This document shows positions 24,660-38,378 of a stretch of 64,000 nucleotides of DNA, in pieces (the stretch's first letter is position 1; each line of letters starts with the position of its first letter). The position numbers and the translations under genes are program-made. Source of the DNA: Octopus vulgaris (Eukaryota); assembly GCA_951406725.2 (NCBI GenBank), contig OX597821.1, positions 78,926,001-78,990,000 of the forward strand. Direction: 5' to 3'. Under the pieces are notes generated by a model that did not search any database, was not told where the DNA came from, and saw only the letters and a list, made by a program, of their open reading frames with translations.

Positions 24660-27600
24660 AAAGTAAGTTAGGGGTTATGGATTCAACCTACTAAGGGATA
24701 GAAATACAACCGTGTTTCGTGGTCTGCTACCACAACAGCTCCTTTATAGGATCCAGTTAGCTCAAGACATCATCAGGACGAACCACGTCCGGTTTCGGCC
24801 CCTACTCCTCTACCGTTTTGACGTGGCGGCCCTTCCCCTTCGGAGGTTTCTTCAGCTCCGGTGATGGGTGCATGTCTTCTTTCTTCTTCTTTCTTCTGTT
24901 TCCTGGCCTCTTCGATGTATCGTCAGCGAGTGTCAGCCGGTGACTGACTGACTTGTCAAATCTTTCGCTTTAAATACCTGCCGCTAGGCTCCAGCAGGCA
25001 GTCCCAGCAAGTTGTCACATGACACTGTCTCACCTTAACTGACTAGTGAAGGTGTGTAGTTTTTAGCCCGTGCTTTTTCTAAACGACCGTCACCTGTCAG
25101 TCAGCGAAGCTGATTCAGTGTCAGCTTGTCTCATCTAGTGATGTTATTTTCCGCCGGCATATTATGACTTTCAAGCCATTTTCGGTCTTCCCGCTTCAGC
25201 CATATATAGAAGCTGGCTTTTTCGACCGCCTCCTGTACACTCCTTATTAGTTTACGCAGCTCGGGGCTAGAAATAAACAAATTTTCTTTTGAAGAGCGTT
25301 GTCATTTTCCTTTCAATGAAGACTCTATCCCCCTCTGCCAGATGATAATATTCGACATTCCATCTCTGTTCTCTGCATTCTTCGATTAGCTTTTCATACA
25401 GTCTTCTCCTTTCGTTCCTCTGCATTGCCGATGTTCTCTTCCCAAGGTACTGTTAGTTGTAATAAAATTCCCATTCTCCGGCCTCTGTTCCATAGAACTA
25501 AATCCGGTCTTTTTGTTGTTTTTATTAGTGGAAATATTACTTGTCTTTCCAAGTCCGTGGCGACCTCCCAGTATCCCTCCCATCTTTCGTCTATCTCGTA
25601 AACTTTACTTGTAGGCCTGGTTTATATCCGTTTCCCTCCTTGTGGAAGTATACTTTCCTGCGCTTTTCTACTTTTGGGTACTCTCCCCTATTGTACCTCT
25701 CGATCTTATCCTTGAGTGCTGTGCTTATGACGCCGAGGACTTGATTATGCCGCCATGAATATCTTTCAATTGCTAGTCTGCAACCTGACAGAACATGTCT
25801 AACCATCGCTTTCTCTCCGCATCTACACTCATCGGTTGTGTTTATATTCCACCGGACTAAGTTCGCCGCTGAGGGTAGAACGTCGAAGGTAGACATGATC
25901 AGGAAGGATGTTCTTGCTTGTTCCCAAGCCCAAAGTTCCTTCCATGATATTCTGCGGTTGATCACATATTCCTCCCATCTCAGGCACTGTCCCTGTTGAC
26001 TGCATTGCACCAAATGTACATTTCGCCTTTCTTCTTCCTCCTTTCTCACTTAGTATATCACTGCCTCTTTCAAATCTTTTACACTGCTCTTGCAAAATGG
26101 CCTGAAATTTTGCGACCCTAGGCCGGTTCTAGCTTCTTGCGTCGCTCCGACTATATCTGCGTGCCTTAGTTTTCCGATCGCCCTGTTTACTGCCTCTTCT
26201 GCCTTCCTTTTCCTCCCTGTTCGTACCTTTGGAGGGTTTTCCCGGATGCTCTGATCGTTTGAATAGCATCATTAGTGTCCTTACCTTTCCTGCCTTATAT
26301 TCTTCGGCGATTGATGTTATTGGTAGTTGCAGTGCGGGTTTTCCATATAGTGCAGTTGTATTCAGTCGTTTCGGCAGACCAAGGCATTTTCTGATAAACA
26401 CACTGCATCTTTGTTCCATCCTTTCTACTCTACTCGAGGCTATTTCGTACATTTGCAATGGCCACATTATTCTTGGGTACAGCCCAAATTGCAGTATCCA
26501 ACATTTGAATTTTCCCGGCACGTTGTTCTGTCAATTGCCTTTAATCCTTGTTCAACTAACTCGTGCGTTTCTTTCCCTTGCTTCCTATCATTTAATAAAT
26601 CTCTATACCATCTGCCGAGACTCATTACTGGTTGTTCTTTCACCGTTGGTATGTCTTCACTTACTATCCTGAATTTCACTTCTTCTTGCCTTCCTTTCAC
26701 GAAAGCCACGCTTCGAGATTTTTTGACTTTGAATTTCATCCTTGCCCATCCTATCAGTTCGTCCAACCGCTCTAACGTTCCCTCTGCTGCTTCTCTACTT
26801 TCCGATAATATAGTTACGTCGTCCATAAAAGCCCTTAATGGTGTCTTTGTAACAGCTTTCTCAGTTTGTAGATCTAAGTAACATTTCCATGACTAGCACG
26901 AATAAGATGACTGATATCGTGCATCCGGCTGCAATACCTATTTCAAGCCGTTGCCACTCCGTTGTGAACTTTCCTGCTGTAAATCTCATCCTAAGGTTGT
27001 CGTAGTACGACGTGAGCATTCATTGAACATCTTTTGGAATCAAAAAGAAGTCCATCGCTGTTTTTATTATTGCGGGCGGAACAGATCCATAAGCATTGGC
27101 AAGATCTAGCCAAACAATATACAGGTTTTTCTTCATTTTTTTTGCACAGGTGATGGCTTCCTAGATAGAAAATGCGTGTTCTATGCACCCAGGGATTCCT
27201 GCTTTTTGAATCGCTTCATTAACATATCCGTTATGCTGCACGAATCTTATGATTCGTATAGCAATTATTCCAAACATGATTTTCCCGTCTATATTTAGTA
27301 GTGAAACCGGTCTAAATTGGCCTAGTGTTTTTGCCTCTTTTTCTTTAGGTAGATAGATACCTTCGGCTATACACCATCGATCCGCTACATCTTTCTTCTT
27401 CCACATTTCTCTTATCAGTGCAAACAGCTGCAAACGTAATTTCGGGCAATATTTATATACCTTGTAGCTCACTCCATCGTTCCCTGGTGCACTTTTTGTT
27501 CTTGCTTTTCTGATGAATTCATCCATTTCTTTCCGTTTGATGTCACTCGAATCAAATGGTACTCTTGGTTCAGGTGGTTTCTTCAGTCCGTGCATTTCTG

Positions 27601-27715
27601 GGAGTACTTCATTTCTGTTGGAGTCGCTGTATGTCTCTTTCAGATGTTGTTCGAGCTCGTCTTTCGTGCAATCCAATTTTCCACTTGTATATGGCATATC
27701 TTTCTCGCCTACGCT
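24660..27715 (-). mobile_element. HERO-like (RLE-type) non-LTR retrotransposon, 5'-truncated and frameshifted
   Basis: SAPGNDGVSYKVYK, FRPVSLLNIDGK, AFMDDVT, PGKFKCWI..PRIMWPL, CRCG..HVLSGC, YSWRHNQVL and RLE motif LTVPWEE. Confidence 0.85.
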
Positions 27716-27779
27716 CTAAGGAATAGAGTCTCAATTTCTTGAGTCTTTAAGTGTGTGCGCGTGCGTGTGTGTGTATGTG

Positions 27780-29040
27780 TGAGTCTTCATGTTTATGTGT
27801 GTCCTTATCCTACGATCGCAGCCTGGCACAGTGTTGCTTTGTTTATGTCTCTATAAAGCAAATTTTAGCTATACGTAGCAGAAGAATAAGGACAGAATAC
27901 AAATAAATAAATAAACAGATCCAGTTAACCCTACGGAAACGCTTCAAAGCGATGCCCCAGCATGGCCACAATCCAATGAATGAAAAAAATCCAAGATAAA
28001 AAGCACAGAACCCATTCTGTAAAGTGGTTGATGTTGGGAATGGTATCTAACCAGGAATAGGGGAACAAAACAGACTTTTTTTGTGCAGTCCTTGGATCCT
28101 GTCCGGCATATGCCAGAAAGGAACAGGGATGTATGTATGTTAGATGATGATGACAATGATGACGATGTGAATTACTCTGTTAATGATGAGATTCAAGGAA
28201 ATGACGAACATTATTGTAAGCAATTTAAAAATTGTTTTATATATGATTACATATATATATATATATACATAGTGTCTGCGTGTTAAGAAGCTTGCTAACG
28301 AACCACATGGTTCCGTGTTCAGTACCACTGCGTGGCACCTTGGGCGTGTGTAACTTAGCGGTTCGACAAAAGAAGTCCGATAGCATAAGTACGAGACTTA
28401 CCAAGAATATATCGTGGGGTCGATTTGCATCACTAAAGGCGGACCTCCAGCTTGGCTACAGTTAAATGACTGAAATAATTAAAAGAGTAGAGAGTAAAGA
28501 TTATATATATTTATATATATATTTATATATATGTATGTGTGTGTGTGTGTGTGTGTGTGTTTGGTAATAGATTAATAAATTGATTACATATTTCTTTTGT
28601 TATTTCATCAGAGCTTTCTTCGTCCAACAAATTCCTATATAATGAAGATCTATCTACACTATGTGAAGTCTATATATATATATATATATATATAGAAAGT
28701 TTTGCAAATTTACGAAATTCCTCGCTACCTCTAAGAAAATCTAAATACATACATAATGAAACATTCTTTAATGTTTCAGTCTTTTGACTGCGGCCATCCT
28801 GGGGCAACGCCTCAAAGGTTTCTTTTTTTTATGGGAAAATATCAGCCGAATGTCTTGCTCTTTGTAAGTGTTATCATACACCCCCCCACACACACACATA
28901 TGTATATATATGTAGGCGCAGGAGTGAGTGTGTGCTATATAGCTTGCTTACCATCCACATGTTTCCGGGTTTAGTCCCACTACGTGGCACCTTGGGCAAG
29001 TGTCTTCTACCATAGGATCGGGCCGACTAAAGCCTTGAGG
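27780..29040 (+). mobile_element. Cluster of degenerate SINE fragments (about 27790-28000, 28272-28500, 28915-29040)
   Basis: Recognisable pieces of the 13513 family (ccacatggttccg, cgtggcaccttgggc, ccccagcatggcc). Confidence 0.7.
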
Positions 29041-30409
29041 CCATCATATCATGAGTATTGTTATCAAGTTCCAACGATGATTTAATCAATTAAATGATGA
29101 TGATGCTGATTATGATGATGACGATGATTGTTTATCACCACATTGCACTGTTACGTCGCTCTTTATGCACTAAAATTCCAATACATTGTAGTTGGCGAGA
29201 CGTACAAGGCAGTGGCAGATTGTTAAATTATGTTCTAAATGTTAAGTCAAGTGAAACAGAAACATTCCATTGGTCTTAAAATAGTCACCAATCCTCTTTT
29301 CAAACTATTTCACACAACTTTTGCTCTCTCTCTAATAAAAGTTAGCATTATTCAACATTTTGATATTGCTGACGCAAGAAATCACGCACGCACATATACA
29401 TTCGTAATACATACGTGCATATATACGTGCATACACACATATATACATACATGAAGCCACAGAATGGTAGATGTAGTAGACATCCATAAGAAGGAGTACA
29501 CGAGGAATGTCCCAGTGAAAGCACTAATAAAAGGTAAACATAATAGACCGGACACTTCAGAGACAGAGAAGAGTATACGTGTACAGGTGTGAAACTCAAC
29601 TGAGCAGCGCATCTTAGCATAAAACTAAAGCTCAGCGAAAACGAAAATACCTACATTAAACTATTGTGATATGCAATTATGGGGGCATTGAGATAAGTAA
29701 CACACAGCCTAATCTTTATAAATTGGCTTCTTATAACCAGAAAGGAGAAAGCGGTTTCGAAAATTACAGACAAGCCATGACGGGAACTGTTAAAATCTAA
29801 AACCTTCCAGAAATTTAATCATTTTAGTGAACAGGCACATGTCTTGATATGTAACTATATGCATGCATGAGAATACATACATAAAACAATATATACACAT
29901 CTGCACCTATAGTGATTTCAAATACTGTGCATATACACATACGCTGGCAAAAATACTCCGTTGATGCTGAAATTCCAATGAATTTCGATCTAGGTTAGAA
30001 TCCTGTTCGCCCTCTACTGGCAAAAAATGTTGAAATAAAACTCAATAATCACATAAATAAAAAACATACATGATATACATACATTCTAGTATGAATATAT
30101 TCATACATGCATTCATTCACGAGATATGTGCGTATTTAATCCTTTGTATATTTTTATAATTAATGCTTTCGGCTGATATATTGAACACCGAGGTAAGATA
30201 TTTCATTAGTTTCTTACAGATTTTCAAACGTCTCCTGTACTCTGCATCACCTTCTAGCCAACTCTGCCGCGAGTATTAACACCTCCAGCCTTGAAGAAGC
30301 CTTGTCTCCCTCGGAAATAGGGATGCCGACAGGAAAGGCATCCGTGTGTAGAATATCTGGATACTGAACTCATTTCGGCTATGCAATTATGAATTAGTGG
30401 TCGTTATAA

Positions 30410-30424
30410 TAATGATGATGTTGT

Positions 30425-30490
<66 letters not shown>
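30410..30490. repeat. (GAT)n microsatellite
   Basis: Seen directly. Confidence 0.95.
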
Positions 30491-30491
<1 letters not shown>

Positions 30492-30624
30492 TGAAAGTGA
30501 ATTCTGTTCGTGATTGAACCCTACTACGTATTCTACGTTTCACTTTTGCCGAACTGCTACCTTATGTTTATACATACATACATACATACAGACAGACAGA
30601 CACTGATTAATACACATACACATA

Positions 30625-30790
30625 ACACAGGCATGGCTGTGTGGTAAGAAACCTTAGTCCCAACCACATGGTTTCTGATTCAGTCTCACTACGCAGCACC
30701 CTGGTTAAGTGTCTTCTCCCATAGCCTCGAACCGACCAAAGCCTTGTGAGTGGATTTGACAGACGGAACCTGAAAGAGACCTTAGTGTGA
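30625..30790 (+). mobile_element. SINE 5' half (13513 family)
   Basis: tggctgtgtggtaag...gccttgtgagtggatttg followed by (TA)n. Confidence 0.8.
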
Positions 30791-30852
<62 letters not shown>

Positions 30853-30928
30853 ATGAATATGATACTTAAGTTAGATGCTCTAGAATTTTGTATGGTGTTA
30901 TCCATATAAATCCATGGGGTGATTATAA

Positions 30929-31074
30929 TCAAAATAAGCAACAAGAATAACTATTATTGGCTGATGATTGCTCAACATTCTGAAACTGTTGTAATACTTA
31001 CAACATTTAATAAAATGATGTAGCGTGAAACGATCGTGCCAAATTACCGAAGTTATTCTTGTTGCTTATTTTGA
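30929..31074 (+). ncRNA. Hammerhead-ribozyme motif enclosed by a perfect 24-bp inverted repeat
   Basis: IR arms 30929-30952 and 31051-31074. Inside: UUGG CUGAUGA [long stem II] GAAA CGAUCG UG CCAA. Confidence 0.65.
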
Positions 31075-31094
31075 ATATATATATATACATATTA

Positions 31095-31229
31095 CTAGCA
31101 TAGGCACCCGGTGTTCCCTTATATACTGGAAGAAAAACGCAAAATATTTTGTATAGAAATTTGTTATTTTTAATTCAATTTATTCTTCAGTTGGAAAATC
31201 AGGTATGAATTCATAATCTAAAAACAGGA

Positions 31230-31297
<68 letters not shown>

Positions 31298-33000
31298 TAG
31301 TAATAAAAGCAAATTTTAAAAATTATCACTTTTATAACGTGAGGTAAATTCTATCGCATATGTTGAAGGAAATTATGTAACAGCTTCTGTGTGAACAGCA
31401 TTCTTTGTTTTCCGGTTTGGAGCAATGACAAATAAGTCTTGCAAACTACCAAACTTGGAGCAATTAACATAAAGTTGACCATGAGAAAAGCAAGGCTCAA
31501 TTAAGAGCAAGCCAGTAGATTTTAAAGTCTGACTTGGAGCTTTTTAATAAACATTGCAAAGCAAATTTGCACTGGGAATTGTGTTCGTTTGAACTCAAAT
31601 GGCATGTCTGTTGGTTTGATTGGAATCCTTGAAATGAAAATCTTTTCCATTGAGGCACATCGAGTGATGATAGTAGCTTCAATCAAATTAGGTGTTAATG
31701 CCTTCGCAATCAACCTTGTCCCATTGCATAATTTAGGAGGATCTAAATTACTTAGAAACACTACTATGATTCCTATCTTCAGAAAAAGTTTATGAAGAGT
31801 TCCAGGTGACTCAAGAGATTTAAGGATCTCTGTTGTGTAATTTGGGCAGCTTGATTTTCATCAGGCACTGAATCAATTGATTTACACACCTTAATAACTG
31901 TTGGAATCTTATTCAATAATTCATAGTTAATCCTTATTAGTGTCTCATCTTTTGGAGCATGAATTGCCCTTTCACACAACCATTTATGTGAATTATAATT
32001 ATTATTTAAGATTGGAAATACCCTGTTCTTCAGTTCATCTGGGAAATTCACCAAGATAGTAATATGAGCCAAATTGTACTTTCCCATTTCCTACTTCGAG
32101 GAGCCATATTGTAAACTGTTCTGCAAACTGGTCTCCATGTAATAACGCTCGCACGATATTACAAAAGTAGAATTCCAAGGGTGTGAAGAATTAATACATG
32201 ATTATATTTCATCAGATCTTGTTAATCTCGACATGACTGGCAATGTCTCTCTGAAGTCTCCTGATAAAACTAATATAACTCTTCCCATAGATTCATTGTT
32301 ACCTCATATCCTGCAAGGCCCTAATCAAGAGTTTATATTACACATCTATGGGACATAGTGCATTCATCCCAAATGACCCGGTGACTTTGGCGCAACGCTT
32401 CTGAACCTAAAACTTTGCTTATGTTATAAATTGGTCATTTGTGATCAGGTTTTGCGGTAATTTAAAAGCGAAATGAGCTGTTCGTTCTCCTGGCAGCAAT
32501 ACTAGATGAAGCTATAACAACTACAATTCATTTTGTTGCCTTACTTTGGAGAGAAGCAATGTTGTTACAAATGTTTTACCTGTGGCACTAGGAGCATCAA
32601 TAAAGAAAATTCCTCCCCTTTTTTTCCCTGACTGACGAAATAATTTTATCGTATGGACAACGAGGAGAAATTTAGGTTCATGTTCATCAACAACTGCAGC
32701 TAACTCTGTTATGTCATAATTTGCCTAGCTTGCTATGTTCTTTTTAAGTTAAAACATATTCTTACGAGTTTTTGTCTCCCCTGGCCAAAATTTGATCTTC
32801 AATTTGAACCAGTGACTCATTAAAAGTTGTTTCAGAGAACTGAATATTGATATCTGAGTTTGCTTGTTGAACTGCACACTTTAGGTTTTCAGTCATGGCC
32901 TCACGATACTTCATCTAAAACTGTAGGGGGACTGCCAAGTTGACACACGTTCAGAATAGTTGCAAAATGCGGTTGTTATTACAATGCATTGTTGTGCCAT
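31095..33000 (-). mobile_element. Degenerate Helitron (PIF1 helicase remnant, 3' CTAG at 31095-31098)
   Basis: GIFFIDAPSATGKTF (Walker A), WLCERAI.APK, NLDPPKLCNGTRL, QFPVQICFAM and SHGQLYV. Confidence 0.85.
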
Positions 33001-33429
33001 TCAAACCATATTAATTTTTACAAACAATACACAATGCTTCAAGCGAAATACAATACTCTCCTATCTCTACGTCTGGGCCAGGCCGAGTTGGCAACCGTTG
33101 GGAAGTATGATTAAATTTCAAGTTATTATAGTCCATTGTTGTGCCATTCAAAACATATATATATATACATATATGCATATATATATATATACATATATGC
33201 ATATATATTCATGTGTGTCTCTGTGTTTGTTTCCCCATCATCGCTTCACAACAGATATTGGTGTGTTTTCGTAACCTAGCGGTTCGGCAAAAGAGAGCGA
33301 TAGAATAAGTACTAGTCCTACAAGGAATAAGACTTACAGTCAGTTTCTTTGACCAAAACTCCTTAAGGCGGTACCCCAGCATGGCCACTGAAAATAACTG
33401 AACCAAATAAAAGAATAAAAGAAATACAT

Positions 33430-34074
33430 GAAGACAGACTCATTGCTGTTGGAAAAAGTAACTTGGGTAAACATAAATGCACTTAAAGAGGAGAGAAGTC
33501 ATAGCAGTGTGAAAACTGCGATGCATCATTTCTTAGAAATAGTACGTATGTAATCACACAAGAGAAAAGCCTCATCATTTTGTTATGTGTCTCTCTCAAA
33601 ATAGCGTTCTGTCTGTGATAAATCATTCTCTGTAAGAAGTCATTTAAATAAGCATAAATTCATTCATCGGAGAGCGAAATCATACCATTGTGATATCTGT
33701 GACAAATCGTTCTTTAGAAGCTGTGGCCTAAGTAAACACAAGTGCACTCATACAGGGGAAAGGGTATGTCGATGTAAAATTTGTGGTAAATCATTCTAGC
33801 AAATGACTAATTTAACTATTCTTAAAGGCATTCATACAGGAGACCATATCACTATGACGTTTGTGGTAAATCGTTGTCATCGAGTAGTAAAATAGCTATG
33901 CATATCTATACAGGCTCAGGAGTGGCTGTGTAGTAAGTAGCTTGCTTGCCAACCACATGGTTCTGGGTTCAGTCCCACTGCGTGGCACCTTGGCCAAGTG
34001 TCTTCTACTATGGCTTCGGGCCGACCAAAGCCTTGTGAGTGGATTTGGTAGACGGAAACTGAAAGAAGCCTGTC

Positions 34075-34169
<95 letters not shown>

Positions 34170-34500
34170 TTTGTATGTCTGTGTTTATCCACCCAACATC
34201 GCTTGACAACCGATGCTGGTGTGTTTATGTCTGTCACCTAGCGGTTCGGCAAAAGAGACCGATAGAATAAGTACTGGGCTTACAAAGAATAAGTCCCGGG
34301 GCCGAGTTGCTCGATTAAAGGCGGTGCTCCAACATGGCCGCAGTCAAATGACTGAAACAAGTAAAAGAGTAAAGAGAGAGTAAACATATTCACACACGAG
34401 GAAAAAACATATCACTATTATGTCTGCCGTAAATCATTTTCTCAAATGGTTCCTCAACTAAACACAAACATTCCTGCAAAAAAGAAGACGTGCTATTGAT
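33430..34500 (+). pseudogene. Decayed C2H2 zinc-finger gene, paralogue of 20300-20910, interrupted by a SINE
   Basis: YHCDICDKSF, HKCTHTGER..CKICGKSF*, with stops and frameshifts. Confidence 0.8.
33912..34380 (+). mobile_element. Full-length tRNA-derived SINE (13513 family)
   Basis: A/B boxes, internal (TA)(TG), tail ggcggtgctccaacatggccgcag...gtaaaagag. Confidence 0.9.
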
Positions 34501-35683
34501 ATCGTGGAATATCATTAAAAATAACAATTAACTATACTTGTATCTATTTATACAGATGAGTTACTGTATCAATGTAAATTATCATTTGATGAAAGAAATG
34601 TTATCCAGACAGGAAAGAAGATATAACTGTGGGTCAAACAAACGCTGTACACTTTATTTCATATAAACATATAGATATTTACATTGGTAACATTGCTTCC
34701 CATTGTGGTATTTTCAATTGGAAATTGTTCTTTCATAATGTTCATAAACATTCCATCTAAGATATGTCCTAGGTGAAGAAAAGTCATTATTGATATGTTC
34801 ATCATTGTGTGTAAAGGGACGAGAAAGGTTTTTCCATGTATCAGTGATAACATTATGGTTATTATACTGGTAATATAAAAATACGCAAACTATAAAAGAA
34901 AATGTTTCCTCACATTATCATATATTATACAAACATACGTATCATGAATGATACACGTTTTTTCATGTATCTATGTATATTCTGTAATAATATTTACTGT
35001 ATGTGTCCCATCATATTGGTGATCGTGTTGTTAGTCAAATCTATATATTCATATGATTATACCTTCCTTCCTAATTACATTTAGTGCCATCCTCCAGAGT
35101 CTTCATTTAAAAGGAAAAACATTTTACTTATAATAACGTTTTCTTTTGTATTAAATAAGCAGTATTATTTAATTTAAATATTTCGCTCCAGATATATTCT
35201 TTTATTCACAAATGCAATAAGGTATCGTGGGTATGGGTGTAAGTGAAAGGAAATAAAATAAATGATACTTTAACCTGAGAAAATCTGAATAAGTTGTTTC
35301 ATTAATTATGCTCCTATGTGTATTTTAATTTAAGCAATAGTTATTAATGAAAGAAAATATATATTGATCCCTTTTAATTACTGGGTCTCTTATGCTAAAA
35401 AGGATTATATTTTTGGAAGGGACAGTATGAATATAATAAGTTGTGAAGCCTGCAGAATTTCCGATAGGTTTTGCTATTTTATATAATTTTGCCATTTCTT
35501 TCAGCTGAGCCAAGCATGATTTGATGGGTGGTAAGGGGGATTTTATTTGCTGATCTTTATATGACCTTCATGTTTTTATTCATATAATCCGAAATAAGTG
35601 ATTTATTTTGTGGATTATCCTCGTTATTATTCTCATCAATGTCTTTTCTGTCAATTTACAGACGTTTGTTTTAACGTTTCTAT

Positions 35684-35718
35684 TTATGTGTTCATTTCTG
35701 CTGTTTCATCACCAGAGC
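35684..35718 (-). CDS. Adhesion GPCR copy R, predicted terminal coding exon (SSGDETAEMNT*)
   Basis: ttttcag acceptor, compatible phase, TAA stop. Confidence 0.6.
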
Positions 35719-36913
35719 CTGAAAACACAAAGAGAAAACTTATATAAAATATTTATTTTCAAAGTAAAATATCCCTAGCCCTTATATTTTTTATGTAACC
35801 CCAGTTGTCATCCACTGTTTTCCCATACGTTAAGATATTATTACATGGATAAATCATGGATGACCAACACAATTTATATTGAAAACATTAATTACAGAAA
35901 CTAATGGCGAGAATTTAATTATCAGGACTATGTCGTAAAATATTGGCAATATTGGTTCAGGAATATCTTCCAGAACAACTGGACAACTTGAGAGGGAAAA
36001 TATGAGAGACTTCTTAGTTCTATTGTGTGGATGTATGCTTTACGTAGATCCATCTGTGGCCGTGTGTTACATGGTCCTATTTATGTTTGTGTTTAGACTT
36101 CACATTGATCTGTAGTAATATGTAAAGTTTACATAAGTCTATCTTTGCCACTGTGTAAATTTCACAAGGATCTCTCTGTGGCGGCATATAGATTTCACAA
36201 CGATCTCTCAATCCATCTAACTCACTTCACTGTCTCTCCCCCTCTTCTTTTCTCTGTCTTTGTCTCGCAACGGTTACAACGAAAAGAGTCCCAGTTGATT
36301 CGATCAACGGAAAAGACTGCTCGTGAAACTAACGCACAGATGGGTGAGCACTGCAAAGGCAAACGTAACCTGAACGTAGTTATCAAGGCGATTCAGTATG
36401 ACACAGATGTGGCAAGGCTGGCCCCTTTGAAATGCAGGTACAACTCACTTATGCCAGCTGATTGGACTGGGGCAGCATGAAATATAGTGTCTTGCTCAAT
36501 ATCAAAATGCACCGTTAGAGATCGAGCTCAGGACTTTACGATCGTAGCTGAATGCCCTAACTCCGAAGCTACGCGCCTTCTTACGTCTCTTTATGTATGT
36601 ATATATATATAGATATATGTACCTATATACCTATATATTTGTGTATACATACTTATATATATACATACGTACATACATACATGCACACATGCGTACGTAC
36701 ATACATAAGTAAATAAATACATGCATATATGCAGATGATGATGATGATGACAAGAATGCAGTTGGTATTTATTACGATGTCTCTCCAGTCCTAAGAGCGA
36801 TGACGTTGACATTGGTTGTATTGGTAGAAGTGGTGTTTGTGATTAGACCCATTACAACATATTGACCCTGGTTGTGGGAGTAGTAAGAATAAGAAAGATC
36901 AAATTGCACTTAC

Positions 36914-37305
36914 TTTTATAGGTTCTTAAAACTTTACTGGCTTTCTCTTTCTTTTGTTTACATATACACGAGCAGATGATGTCTCTGGTATCTTTCTTGT
37001 ATATACAGTAGAATAAGAAGATAAACGTTCCTTGAAAGGCACTGAAGGTAACGAAAAGAATCTGAAACACTTCTGCTGCTTCCCCAACAGCGAAGAATGC
37101 AAAGACCCAAGATAATCCGAACAGGAAAAACAAACCAAATATTCCAAGAAAACGTAGTCTTCTGGTTTCGTGTTGAAGCAGCTTGTTATTTTGCATTGCG
37201 ATAAGACGCAAGATAACGAGAAAAAACATGATAACGTTGAAGATGAGAATAGTCCCGACGGGAGCCAGGAAAGCAGCATAGAATGGTATCTCCGACAACC
37301 AGCAA
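36914..37305 (-). CDS. Adhesion GPCR copy R, TM5-TM7 exon (intact)
   Basis: 392 nt, AG/GT boundaries. CWLSEIPFYAAFLAPV...LFGLSWVFAFF...FSAFQGTFIFLFYC. Confidence 0.9.
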
Positions 37306-37530
37306 CTACAAATAAATGTAAAATCAATTGAGGAAGAAAATTTATCAAATGTTCAGTCAATAAATAGAGGAGTCGCCGAGGAATTAAAGGGAAGTGATTT
37401 TGAGCCAAAATAAAAGGAAAGGAAAAGCTCAAACTTTCAGGGAGTCACATAGTCATGTACATTCATTAAGGTATTCTAATCGAATATTTCGATATTCAGA
37501 CACTTTAAAACACCACCATCATTCATTTTG

Positions 37531-37569
<39 letters not shown>

Positions 37570-38145
37570 ACGTATATATATATATATAATATATGTGTAT
37601 ATATATATATGTATATATGTATGTATGTATGTATGTGTGTATGTATATATATTACATTTCTTTATGGTAACGCTTTTAATATGCAAATACAGCTCCTATT
37701 ATATTATCCCAGCCACCGTCTAATAATACTGACTAGTAAGCTAGGTTTACGGTTTTGCATCAAGTTATACCGATGCATAATAATAATAAGAATAATCCTA
37801 GGATGGAAGTTATGACTATTTAATGCACTTAATATTCATACTGGTAAAAAGAAAAGACAACCCTCTATGGTTTACCTATTAATGTTGTATCACTTGAAGA
37901 AATGAATCAATGGTTCTTATAAACTGGATGCCCACGGGTACTACGGACTACGCTGTAATCATTCCAGAAATACGGATTATATTAAATGTTTACAAATTCC
38001 ATCCTAGTTTATTATTACTCTTATTATTCTTAATATTATCATTATTATTATTATTATTATTATTATTGTTGTTGTTATTATTATTATTATATTTGAATAT
38101 ATATACATATGTATGCATATGCATGTATATATGCATACTTATATG

Positions 38146-38378
38146 TGTTTCTTTACTACCCACAAGGGGCCACACACAGAGGGGACAAACAAGGACAGAC
38201 AAACGGATCAAGTCGATTACATCGACCCCAGTGTGTAACTGGTACTTATTTAATCGACCCCGAAAGGATGAAAGGCAAAGTCGACCTCGGCGGAATTTGA
38301 ACTCAGAACGTAGCGGCAGACGAAATACGGCTACGCATTTCGCCCAGCGTGCTAACGTTTCTTCCAGCTCGCCGCCTT
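38146..38378 (-). mobile_element. Full-length tRNA-derived SINE present in the right arm only, with a ~20-bp TSD
   Basis: Head aaggcggcgagctgg, B box gagttcaaattcc. Flanked by tatatgcatac(t/a)tatatgtg and absent at about 12380-12395. Confidence 0.88.

Noticed and set aside
29950-30050. Further hammerhead-like remnant
   Set aside because: No recognisable CUGANGA/GAAA core with supporting stems
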